Shown here one piece after another: positions 41,674-50,464 of a stretch of DNA of 64,000 bases. Within the stretch, counting starts at the first letter, position 1, and every line of letters begins with the position of its first letter. The notes beneath the pieces were generated by a model. The model did not search any database, was not told the origin of the DNA, and saw only the letters and a list, made by a program, of their open reading frames with translations. The translations under genes and the position numbers were made by a program. The DNA is from an uncultured Eubacteriales bacterium (GTDB lineage Bacteria > Acidobacteriota > Aminicenantia > Aminicenantales > Saccharicenantaceae), in the NCBI GenBank assembly GCA_964523615.1, contig CAZFZU010000002.1, positions 33,682 to 97,681 of the forward strand. Reading direction: 5' to 3'.

Positions 41674-43422
41674 ATGACCGAGCCGACCAAGCAGCCCGAA
41701 CGCGACAACCCCATGTCGTCGGAGGACTACGAACAGCTTCTCGACCGCTACGAGTACAGCACCAAGGACATCTCGATGGGGAAGGTCCTCAAGGGGCGCG
41801 TCATCAAGCGGACCCCGACCCACGTCCTCGTCGACGTCGGGTTCAAGACCGAGGGCATGATCGCCAACGAGGAGTTCACCGATCCCGAGGCCCTCGAGGC
41901 CCTGGAGCCGGGCGCCGAGATCGACACCATGCTCGAAAAGACCGATCTCAAGGACGGCTACCTCGTCCTGTCCAAGAAGCGGGCCGACGGCCTGCGCGCC
42001 ATCGAGGACCTGGACCGGGCCTTCGCCCACGGCCTGACCGTGACCGGCCGGGTCGTCGAGCGGACCAAGGGCGGCTTCAACGTCGACGTCGGCCTGCCGG
42101 CCTTCCTGCCCGAGTCCCACGTCGACATCCGCCCGGTCAAGGACGCCTCCGGCCTCATCGGCCAGACCCTCGACTTCCGGGTCATCAAGTTCGACCGCAA
42201 GACCGAGAACGCCGTCCTGTCGCGCAAGCTCGTCCTCCATGAAGAGCGGGAGAAGACCAAGAAGCGGGTCTTCGGCAACCTGGCCAAGGGGGCCAGGGTC
42301 TCCGGCCACGTCAAGTCCCTGACCAACTTCGGCGCCTTCGTCGACCTCGGCGGCATCGAGGGCCTCCTCCACGTCTCCGACATCTCCTGGGGCAAGAACG
42401 TCCACCCCTCCGAGCACCTGGCCGTCGGCCAGGAGGTCGAGGTCGTCGTCCTCGATTTCAACGAGCGCGAGGGGCGCATCTCGCTCGGCCTCAAGCAGCT
42501 CTCGCCCGACCCCTGGGCCAACATCGCCGAGAAGTACCAGGCCGGCCAGCGGATCGAGGGCAAGGTCACCAGCCTGACCGACTTCGGCGCCTTCGTCGAG
42601 CTCGAGAAGGGCGTCGAGGGCCTGGTCCACATCTCCGACCTGACCTGGTCGCGCAAGCTCGTCCACCCCAAGAAGGTCCTCAGCCCCGGGCAGGAGGTCG
42701 TCGTCAACATCCTGGACGTCAATCCGACGACCAAGCGCATCTCCCTCGGCCTCAAGCAGGCCTCGGCCCATCCCCTGGAGACCTTCCGCCAGAAGCACGG
42801 CATCGGCTCCCGGGTCGCCGGCGTCGTCACCAGCCTGACCGATTTCGGCGCCTTCGTCGAGGTCGAGAAGGGCATCGAGGGCCTCGTCCACATCTCCGAC
42901 ATCAGCTGGGAGAAGGTCAAGCACCCGTCCGAGAAGCTCCAGGTCGGCCAGGAGGTCGAGGTCCTGGTCCTCAACATCGACGTCGACAAGCAGAAGGTCT
43001 CCCTGGGCATGAAGCAGCTCGAGGGCGACATCTGGGAGGAGTTCTTCACCCGCCAGAAGACCGGCGACGTGGTCAAGGTCAAGATCGTCCGCCTGACCGA
43101 CTTCGGCGCCTTCGTCGAGATCGTCCCGGGCATCGAGGGCGTCGTCTTCACGGCCGAGCTCGACGAGAAGAAGCTCGAGAAGCCGTCGGACGCTTTCGCC
43201 GTCGGCGACGAGCGCAACGCCAAGATCGTCAAGATGAACCCCAAGGCCAAGAAGATCTCCCTGAGCTTCAAGCAGGCCGTCTACGACCTGGAGAAGCAGG
43301 ACTTCCAGCGCTTCATGGAGTCGCAGAACGACCGCATGACCCTCGGCGACATCATGAAGGACCAGCTCAAGGGCCTCAAGGCCCCGAAGAAGGGAACCCG
43401 GAAGGAGGACCCCCGTGATTAA
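41674..43422 (+). CDS. rpsA: 30S ribosomal protein S1 (six S1 domains)
   Basis: Six repeats of the G.V..(L|I)T.FGAFV(D|E)(L|I)..G(I|V)EGL(V|L)H(I|V)S(D|E) pattern. Confidence 0.93.
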   Translation: MTEPTKQPERDNPMSSEDYEQLLDRYEYSTKDISMGKVLKGRVIKRTPTHVLVDVGFKTEGMIANEEFTDPEALEALEPGAEIDTMLEKTDLKDGYLVLSKKRADGLRAIEDLDRAFAHGLTVTGRVVERTKGGFNVDVGLPAFLPESHVDIRPVKDASGLIGQTLDFRVIKFDRKTENAVLSRKLVLHEEREKTKKRVFGNLAKGARVSGHVKSLTNFGAFVDLGGIEGLLHVSDISWGKNVHPSEHLAVGQEVEVVVLDFNEREGRISLGLKQLSPDPWANIAEKYQAGQRIEGKVTSLTDFGAFVELEKGVEGLVHISDLTWSRKLVHPKKVLSPGQEVVVNILDVNPTTKRISLGLKQASAHPLETFRQKHGIGSRVAGVVTSLTDFGAFVEVEKGIEGLVHISDISWEKVKHPSEKLQVGQEVEVLVLNIDVDKQKVSLGMKQLEGDIWEEFFTRQKTGDVVKVKIVRLTDFGAFVEIVPGIEGVVFTAELDEKKLEKPSDAFAVGDERNAKIVKMNPKAKKISLSFKQAVYDLEKQDFQRFMESQNDRMTLGDIMKDQLKGLKAPKKGTRKEDPRD

Positions 43423-43690
43423 AGCCGACCTGATCAACAAGATCTCCCAGGAGCTGAGCATCCCGAAGCAGGAAGCCGAGGAAGGCGTCAACCTGTTCTT
43501 CGAGACCATCCGCGAGGCCATCCTCCGGGGCGAGGAGATCGAGATCCGCGGCTTCGGCAGCTTCCGTTTCCGCAAGCGGACCTCGCGGGCCGGCCGCAAC
43601 CCGCGGACGGGCGAGCCGGTCAAGGTCCCGCCGAAGAAGGTCCTGTACTTCAAGCCCAGCAAGCTCCTCAAGGAGCTGATCAACTCGTAA
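43415..43690 (+). CDS. Integration host factor / HU-family DNA-binding protein
   Basis: 91 aa with EIRGFGSFRFRKRTSRAGRNPRTGEPVKVPPKKVLYFKPSK. The GTG start overlaps the end of rpsA by 8 nt. Confidence 0.88.
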   Translation: MIKADLINKISQELSIPKQEAEEGVNLFFETIREAILRGEEIEIRGFGSFRFRKRTSRAGRNPRTGEPVKVPPKKVLYFKPSKLLKELINS

Positions 43691-44193
43691 TGCGCTACCT
43701 CGCCGCCCCCTGGAGGGCCGACTACGTCCGGCGGGCCGGAGCGGAGGACGGCTGCGTCTTCTGCCGGGCCGCCCGGGGCCGCGACGACCGCGGCGCCGGC
43801 GTCCTCTACCGCGGCCGGGCCAACATCGTCATGCTCAACAAGTACCCCTACACGCCGGGCCACCTGATGATCGCTCCGCGGCGCCACGTGGCCGACTTCG
43901 TCGCCTCCCGCCCCGGCGAGAGGGGCGAGCTGGCCGACCTCCTGCGGACGGCCCTGGCGGTCCTGGGCGCCGCCTACGGCCCCCAGGGCTTCAACGCCGG
44001 GATGAACCTCGGCCGCAGCGCCGGGGCCGGCGTCGCCGGGCACTACCATCTCCACGTCGTCCCCCGCTGGACGGGCGACGCCAACTTCATGCCCCTCGTC
44101 GGGGCCACCCGGGTCTTCATCGAGGACCTGGAGACGACCTACAACAGACTGCGTCCCCTTTTCGACGAAGAGCGGCGACGCCGTTCGAGGTGA
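43690..44193 (+). CDS. HIT-family nucleotide hydrolase/transferase
   Basis: Histidine triad GHYHLHVVPRW. TAATG overlap with the upstream gene. Confidence 0.85.
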   Translation: MRYLAAPWRADYVRRAGAEDGCVFCRAARGRDDRGAGVLYRGRANIVMLNKYPYTPGHLMIAPRRHVADFVASRPGERGELADLLRTALAVLGAAYGPQGFNAGMNLGRSAGAGVAGHYHLHVVPRWTGDANFMPLVGATRVFIEDLETTYNRLRPLFDEERRRRSR

Positions 44194-44197
44194 ACCC

Positions 44198-46126
44198 ATG
44201 CTGAAATCCCTGAGACGGAACGTCAAGTCGCTCAAGCCCATCCTGTGGCTCATCGTCGCCACCTTCATCATCGCCATCTTCGCCATCTGGGGCGCCGGCG
44301 GCGGCGGCATCGGCGGGGCCGACCGGGCCGACACCCTGGCCACGGTCGGCGGGGACCGCATCGTGGCCGACGAATACTTCCAGGACCTCCGCGACCAGCT
44401 CGAGGCCATCAAGAAGCAGTTCGGCGGCGAGATCAACGCCGACCTCATCCAGCAGCTGGGCCTGCCCCAGCAGGTCCTGGAGCGGATCGTCCAGCGCCAC
44501 CTGCTCCTCAAGATCGCCGCGGACATGGGCCTGAAGGCGACCGACGCCGAGGTCCGGGACCGCATCCTGTCGTACCCGGCCTTCCAGATCGACGGCAAGT
44601 TCGTCGGTTTCGAGCTCTACAAGCGGGTCCTCGACGACAACCGCATCCCCCTGGCCGATTTCGAGCGCCGGCTGCGCCAGGACGTCGTCGTCGGCAAGGT
44701 CGTCCGGCTCCTGACGGCGGGCATCTTCGTCACCGACGAGGAGGTCTGGGAGGCCTACCGGAAGCAGAACGACTCGGCCAAGGTCGAGTACCTGGTCGCC
44801 GAGACGGCCAAGACCGAGGTCGCCGCGACGCCCTCCGAGGCGGACCTGCGGGCCCGCTTCGACAAGGACCCCGCCGCCTACCGCGTCCCCGAGAAGCGGA
44901 CGGCCGATTACGTCGTCGTCCGGACCGAGGACCTCAAGAAGGAGATCGCGGTCAAGGACGCCGAGATCGAGACCTACTACCGCGACAACCAGGCCCAGTT
45001 CCAGGAGCCCGACAAGGTCCGGGTCAGCCGGGTCTGGCTCCCCTACACCGCGGCCGACAAGGACGCCGTCCTGGCCGAGGCCCGCGACATCCAAGCGCGG
45101 GCGGCCGGCGGGGAGGACTTCGCGGCCCTGGCCCGGGCCAAGTCCAAGGACGACAAGGCCGCCACGGGCGGCGACTGGGGCCTGTTCGACTGGCGGTCCC
45201 TGACGGCCGAAGAGACCGGGGCCGTGGCCGGCCTCGAGGCGGGCGGCGTCTCCGGCGTCGTCGAGACCGAGACCGGCGCGGCCGTGCTCAAGGTCACCGA
45301 GAAGGCCGCGGCCGAGATCAAGCCCCTGGCCGAGGTCAGCGCCACCATCAAGGGCCTGCTCACGGACGAGAAGGCCCGGGCCCTGGTGGCCGAGAAGGTC
45401 CAGCGGCTGGAGAAGCTGGCCCGCCGCGAGAAGAGCCTCGACGTGGCCGCCCAGAAGGAGGGCCTCAAGCCCGCCTCGACGGGGGCCGTGAAGAAGGGCG
45501 ACCCGCTCGGCGACGTCGACACGTCCGGCGCCGTCAGCGAGGCCCTTTTCGGCCTCGAGGTCAAGGGCCTATCGGCGCCCATCTTCGTTTTCGCCGGCCA
45601 GGCCCTGGCCGAGCTCAAGGCCGTCGAGCCCGAGCGGCCGGCCAAGTTCGAGGAGGTCCGGGCCGAGGTCGAGAAGGACGCCCTCGACGCCCTCAAGAAG
45701 GACCGGGCCCGGGCCCGGTTGGTCGAGGCCGTCGCCGCGCTCAAGGCCGACTGGAACGCCGAGGCCGCCAAGCACGGGCTCGAGTACAAGCTCGTCGAGA
45801 CCCACAAGAAGGAGCAGTACCTGAGCCTCGTCGGCGAGCGGCCCGAGATCGACGCCCTCGTCTTCGGGGCGCCGCTCCAGCAGGTCAGCGCACCCGCGGC
45901 CGTCGACGAGGGCTTCGCCGTCTTCCGCGTCCTCGAGCGCAAAGAAGCCTCCCGCGAGGAGTTCGACAAGGTCAAGGCCGCGGAGCGGGACAGCCTGCTC
46001 GAGCAGAAGCAGAACAAGTTCCTGAGCTCCTACATGGCCAAGGCCCGCGAGGACAAGAAGGTCCGCATCGATTACGACGCCTTCGTCCGGATCAACAACG
46101 ACATCCTGGCGAGGTACGGGAAATAG
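44198..46126 (+). CDS. PpiD/SurA-like periplasmic chaperone with parvulin domain
   Basis: N-terminal membrane anchor (ILWLIVATFIIAIFAIWG), a SurA_N-like region, and a parvulin-like block (GEDFAALARAKSKDDKAATGGDWGLF). Confidence 0.75.
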   Translation: MLKSLRRNVKSLKPILWLIVATFIIAIFAIWGAGGGGIGGADRADTLATVGGDRIVADEYFQDLRDQLEAIKKQFGGEINADLIQQLGLPQQVLERIVQRHLLLKIAADMGLKATDAEVRDRILSYPAFQIDGKFVGFELYKRVLDDNRIPLADFERRLRQDVVVGKVVRLLTAGIFVTDEEVWEAYRKQNDSAKVEYLVAETAKTEVAATPSEADLRARFDKDPAAYRVPEKRTADYVVVRTEDLKKEIAVKDAEIETYYRDNQAQFQEPDKVRVSRVWLPYTAADKDAVLAEARDIQARAAGGEDFAALARAKSKDDKAATGGDWGLFDWRSLTAEETGAVAGLEAGGVSGVVETETGAAVLKVTEKAAAEIKPLAEVSATIKGLLTDEKARALVAEKVQRLEKLARREKSLDVAAQKEGLKPASTGAVKKGDPLGDVDTSGAVSEALFGLEVKGLSAPIFVFAGQALAELKAVEPERPAKFEEVRAEVEKDALDALKKDRARARLVEAVAALKADWNAEAAKHGLEYKLVETHKKEQYLSLVGERPEIDALVFGAPLQQVSAPAAVDEGFAVFRVLERKEASREEFDKVKAAERDSLLEQKQNKFLSSYMAKAREDKKVRIDYDAFVRINNDILARYGK

Positions 46127-46182
46127 CCGAGTCTCTCAGCCCGCGTTCCGTCCGATAGAACCGACCGCGAAAGGAGACGTCG

Positions 46183-48186
46183 ATGGAGACGACCCGGACC
46201 TCTCTGCCCCCCGAAGCGTATCAGGAGCTCCCGCCCGGCAAGACCTACACGCCCTACGTCCCGGCCGGGGCCGACGTGCCCGAAGCGACCGTCCGCTCGG
46301 TCGTCTGGGGTCTGGTCATGTCCGTGTTCTTCACTTTCTCCATCGCCTACCTGGGCCTCAAGGTCGGCACCGTGCCCGAGGCGGCCATTCCCGTGGCCAT
46401 CCTGGCCGTGGGCATCGGCTATCTCTACAAGCGCAAGAGCACCATCCTCGAGAACGTCATCCTGCAGTCCATCGGAGCCGCTTCCGGGGCCCTGGTGGCC
46501 GGGGCCATCTTCACCATCCCGGCCCTCTACATCCTCGGCCTGCCCACGGACGTCGTCAAGATCTTCCTGTCGACCTTCCTCGGCGGCGCCCTGGGCGTCC
46601 TGTTCCTGACGCCGCTCCGGCGCTACTTCTGCGTCGAGCAGCACGGCAAGCTGCCCTTCCCCGAGGCCACGGCCACGACCGAGATCCTGGTCTCGGGCGA
46701 GTCGGGCGGCCGCCAGGCCGGGGCCCTCATCCTGGGCCTCGTCGTCAGCGGCGCCTACGAGTTCCTGGCCATCGGCGTCCGCCTGTGGAACGAGCTCATC
46801 GACTTCCGCTTCCTGCCCTTCATGGACAGCCTGGCCGTCAAGACCAAGATGGTCCTCAAGCTCGACGCCCTGTCGGCCTTCCTCGGCCTCGGCTACGTCA
46901 TCGGCCTGCGCTACAACGCCGTCATCGTCGCCGGCGGCCTGCTGTCCCATTTCGCCTTCATCCCGGCCATCTGGTTCCTCGGCCGGCACGTCCCCGGCCT
47001 GGTCTATCCGGGCACGGTGCCCATCGTAGAGATGAGCGAGACGCAGATCTTCGCCACCTACGTCCGCAACATCGGCATCGGGGCCATCTTCATGGCCGGC
47101 GTCCTGGGCATCATCAAGTCCATGCCGGTCATGGTCCGGTCGTTCTCGCTCGGCTTCCGGCAGATCTTCAAGGGCCGGCGGGAGGGCGCCGCGGCGGCGC
47201 CCCGGACCGACCGCGACCTCGACATGCGGACCATCATCCTGGGCCTCCTGGCCGTGTCCGCGGGCCTGTTCCTCTATTTCCTGTGGATCTCCAACGTCAA
47301 GCTGGCCGTCATCGGCGTCCTGGTCTGCCTGCTCCTGTCGTTCCTGTTCACCACGGTCGCCGCCAACGCCATCGCCATCGTCGGGACCAATCCCGTCTCG
47401 GGCATGACCCTGATCACGATCATCCTGTCGAGCGTCCTGCTGCTCGGGGCCGGGCTGTCGGGCACGGACGGCATGGCCGTGGCCCTGCTCATCGGGGCCG
47501 TCGTCTGCACGGCCCTGTCGGTCTCGGGCTCGTTCATCACCGACCTCAAGATCGGCTACTGGCTCGGGGCGACGCCGCGCAACCAGGAGCGCTTCAAGTT
47601 CGCCGGCATCCTGGTCTCGGCCCTGACCGTCGGCGTGGCCATCGCCATCCTCGACAAGGCCTTCTCCTTCCAGAGCGGGGCCCTGGCCGCCCCGCAGGCC
47701 AATCTCATGGCCACGGTCATCAAGTCGATGATGTCGCGCGAGCCCGTGACCTGGCTCCTGTACGCCATCGGGGCCTCGGTCGCCCTGACGGCCGAGCTGG
47801 CCAAGGTCCCTCCGCTGGCCTTCGCCCTGGGCATGTACCTGCCCCTGCCCCTGACGACGCCGCTCCTCGTCGGCGGCTTCCTGTCGCACCTCGTCCGGAA
47901 GTCGACCAAGGACAAGGACCTGGCCGAGCGGCGGGTCAACCGCGGCACGCTCATCTCTTCCGGGTTCATCGCCGGCGGGGCCCTCATGGGCATCGTCCTG
48001 GCCCTGCTCAAGCTGGCCGGCCTCGACCGCCACATCAGCCTCGGCGTGTCCATGGTCCTGGAGAACGGGCGCTGGGTCGACGGGGCCGCGGCGGGCTGGT
48101 TCTCGGGCCTCGGCCAGGTCGTCAGCCTCGTCGCCTTCATCCTGCTCGGGGCGTTCGTCTACTTCGACGCCCGGCGGACGAAATAA
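46183..48186 (+). CDS. OPT-family oligopeptide transporter
   Basis: 667 aa with about 16 transmembrane segments. The N-terminal region (T.R..V.G...S..F......YLGLKVG....A.IP.AIL) is typical of bacterial OPT proteins. Confidence 0.85.
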   Translation: METTRTSLPPEAYQELPPGKTYTPYVPAGADVPEATVRSVVWGLVMSVFFTFSIAYLGLKVGTVPEAAIPVAILAVGIGYLYKRKSTILENVILQSIGAASGALVAGAIFTIPALYILGLPTDVVKIFLSTFLGGALGVLFLTPLRRYFCVEQHGKLPFPEATATTEILVSGESGGRQAGALILGLVVSGAYEFLAIGVRLWNELIDFRFLPFMDSLAVKTKMVLKLDALSAFLGLGYVIGLRYNAVIVAGGLLSHFAFIPAIWFLGRHVPGLVYPGTVPIVEMSETQIFATYVRNIGIGAIFMAGVLGIIKSMPVMVRSFSLGFRQIFKGRREGAAAAPRTDRDLDMRTIILGLLAVSAGLFLYFLWISNVKLAVIGVLVCLLLSFLFTTVAANAIAIVGTNPVSGMTLITIILSSVLLLGAGLSGTDGMAVALLIGAVVCTALSVSGSFITDLKIGYWLGATPRNQERFKFAGILVSALTVGVAIAILDKAFSFQSGALAAPQANLMATVIKSMMSREPVTWLLYAIGASVALTAELAKVPPLAFALGMYLPLPLTTPLLVGGFLSHLVRKSTKDKDLAERRVNRGTLISSGFIAGGALMGIVLALLKLAGLDRHISLGVSMVLENGRWVDGAAAGWFSGLGQVVSLVAFILLGAFVYFDARRTK

Positions 48187-48204
48187 GGACACGGAGGGAA
48201 GACC

Positions 48205-49152
48205 ATGAAAGCCAACAAGCTCTACGCCGCCGCCGACCGGGCCGTCAACCAGGCCCTCCGGCTCAAACCCGGCGAGAAGTACCTTCTCGTGACCGACACG
48301 CCCAAGCTGGAGATCGCCGAGGCCCTGGCTTTCCACGCCAAGAAGGCCGGCGCCGAGGTCACGACCTACCTGATGACCGAGACCCTGCGGCCGATCACGG
48401 AGCCGACCCGGCAGTTCAAGGAGCTCATCGCCGGGGCCTCGGCCACGACCTACCTCCTCGAGGGCCGCTTCCCCGAGAAGCCCTTCCGCGGCTTCATGGT
48501 CGCCGAGGGCCAGAAGCACGGCCGCATCTGCATGATGCCCGGCATCACCCGGGACATGATGGAGCGGCTGGTGGCCATCGACTTCTCGGAGATGGCCGCC
48601 TTCACCAGGAAGGTCGTCCGGGCCGTCAAGGACGCCGGCGAGATCGTCGTCACCAACGCGGCCGGGACCGAGATCGCCTTCAGCGTCGCGGGCCGCGACT
48701 GGCACGAGGACGTCGGCGACATCGCCAAGAAGGGCGTCCACGGCAACCTGCCGGCCGGCGAATGCTTCACCTGCCCGGTCGAGGAGACCTTCACGGGCAA
48801 GGTCGTCATCGGCCTCATCGACGACAAGCTGGGCCCCGGCGAGATGGTCTTCGAGAAGGGCCGCCTCGTCGCCCACAAGGGCGCCGGCATCGCCGAGGTC
48901 ATCAAAACGGTCGGCGACGACCCGACGGCCCGGATGATCGGCGAGTTCGGCATCGGCACCAACAAGGGCGCCCGCATCTCGCCCAACATGCTCGAGGCCG
49001 AGAAGGCCTTCGGCACGGTCCACTTCGCCATCGGCGACTCGTACGGCATCGGCCGGAACAAGAGCAGGTTCCACTTCGACGCCCTGGTCGACAAGGTCAC
49101 CATCACGGCCAAGGGCAAGGTCATCGCCAGGAACGGCAAGTTCCTCATTTAA
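48205..49152 (+). CDS. M29-family (aminopeptidase T-like) aminopeptidase
   Basis: The C-terminal block EFGIGTN...LEAEKAFGTVHFAIGDSYG is characteristic of peptidase M29. Confidence 0.8.
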   Translation: MKANKLYAAADRAVNQALRLKPGEKYLLVTDTPKLEIAEALAFHAKKAGAEVTTYLMTETLRPITEPTRQFKELIAGASATTYLLEGRFPEKPFRGFMVAEGQKHGRICMMPGITRDMMERLVAIDFSEMAAFTRKVVRAVKDAGEIVVTNAAGTEIAFSVAGRDWHEDVGDIAKKGVHGNLPAGECFTCPVEETFTGKVVIGLIDDKLGPGEMVFEKGRLVAHKGAGIAEVIKTVGDDPTARMIGEFGIGTNKGARISPNMLEAEKAFGTVHFAIGDSYGIGRNKSRFHFDALVDKVTITAKGKVIARNGKFLI

Positions 49153-49296
49153 TGGGGGACATGATACCTATTTCCCTATTTCCCGGGACCCCGGCAGGGA
49201 CGCGGGCGGAACGAGAGAACTGAGATGACGAGGTACTGACGTGCGTGAACCCAAAGAGATCATGGGAAATGGGGAAATAGGTATCATGTCCCCATT
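49151..49296. repeat. 146-bp element with 33/34-nt terminal inverted repeats (long-stem hairpin or MITE-like)
   Basis: The left arm is AATGGGGGACATGATACCTATTTCCCTATTTCCC (49151-49184). The right arm is GGGAAATGGGGAAATAGGTATCATGTCCCCATT (49264-49296). They differ by one G indel and one T/C difference that becomes a G-U pair in RNA. The loop is 79 nt. Confidence 0.85.
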
Positions 49297-50455
49297 TGAC
49301 AAGATCATCGACCGGACCGCGACAGAGTCCATGAAGTGGGTCCATCCCCGCCGGGACCTCGGTGTCCCCGACGCCATCCCCATGTGGGTGGCCGACATGG
49401 ACTTCGAGGCCCCGCCGGCCGTCGTCGAGGCCCTGGCGCGCCGCGTCGGGCACGGCGTCTTCGGCTATCCGGAGACGCCGCCGTCGTTCTTCGAGGCCGC
49501 GGCCGGATGGCTGCGACGGCGCCACGGCTGGCCCGCCGAGCCGGGCTGGCTGACCATGACGCCGGGCCTGGTGCCGGCCCTGAACTTCATCGTCCGGGCC
49601 CTGACGAAGCCGGGCGACCCGGTCATCGTCCAGCCGCCGGTCTATCATCCCTTCTACTACGCCATCGAGAACAACGGGCGCCGCGTCGTCCGCAACCCGC
49701 TCCGCTTCGACGGCCGGCGCTATACGATGGACCTCGACGACCTGCGGACCAAGATCGACGCCGCCGGCCGGCTGCTCATCCTGTGCTCCCCCCACAATCC
49801 CGTCGGCCGGGTCTGGGACCGCGAGGAGCTCGAGGCCCTCGGCCGCATCGCCGTCGAGCGCGACCTCGTCGTCGTCTCCGACGAGATCCACCACGATCTC
49901 GTCTACCCCGGCCGCCGCCACCACGTCTTCGCCGCGCTCCAGCCGGAGCTGGCCCAGCAGACGATCACCTGTCTCGCGCCGAGCAAGACCTTCAACATCG
50001 CCGGGCTGAGCACGGCCGTCGTGGCCGTCCCCAATCCCGACCTGCTGAAGAAATTCGAGGATGAGAAGGAGCGCTCGGGCTTCGACCTGGGGAACGCCCT
50101 CGGCATCGTCGCTTTCGAGGCCGCCTACCGCTACGGCGAGGCCTGGCTCGACGAGCTCCTGCCCTACCTCGCGGCCAACGTCGACCTCATCGAGCGCTTC
50201 CTGGCCGAGCGCCTGCCCGAGATCAAGCTCGTCCGGCCCGAGGGGACCTACCTGGCCCTCCTCGACTGCCGCGGCCTGGGCCTCGCGCCCGAGGCCCTCG
50301 GCGACTTCTTCCTCAAGCGCGCCCGGGTCTTCTTCAGCGACGGGCGGATGTTCGGCGAGGAAGCGGCCGGCTTCGTCCGCGTCAATTTCGGCTGTCCCCG
50401 GTCCGTCCTCCGCGAAGCCTTGGAGCGCGTCGAGCGGGCCGTCCGCGCCCGTTAG
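49286..50455 (+). CDS. PatB/MalY-type PLP-dependent C-S lyase (aminotransferase class I/II fold)
   Basis: The N-terminus MSPFDKIIDRTATESMKW is the conserved FD..IDR..T.S.KW motif. It also has LCSPHNPVGRVW and a PSKTFNIAGL lysine motif. The start could alternatively be the ATG at 49262. Confidence 0.85.
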   Translation: MSPFDKIIDRTATESMKWVHPRRDLGVPDAIPMWVADMDFEAPPAVVEALARRVGHGVFGYPETPPSFFEAAAGWLRRRHGWPAEPGWLTMTPGLVPALNFIVRALTKPGDPVIVQPPVYHPFYYAIENNGRRVVRNPLRFDGRRYTMDLDDLRTKIDAAGRLLILCSPHNPVGRVWDREELEALGRIAVERDLVVVSDEIHHDLVYPGRRHHVFAALQPELAQQTITCLAPSKTFNIAGLSTAVVAVPNPDLLKKFEDEKERSGFDLGNALGIVAFEAAYRYGEAWLDELLPYLAANVDLIERFLAERLPEIKLVRPEGTYLALLDCRGLGLAPEALGDFFLKRARVFFSDGRMFGEEAAGFVRVNFGCPRSVLREALERVERAVRAR

Positions 50456-50464
50456 AGGGACGCC

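Noticed and set aside
41674-43422. A periodic repeat of about 260 nt that could be mistaken for a repeat array.
   Set aside because: It is the six S1 domains of ribosomal protein S1. The repeats are at the protein level, in frame and divergent at the DNA level. It is not a CRISPR or tandem DNA repeat.
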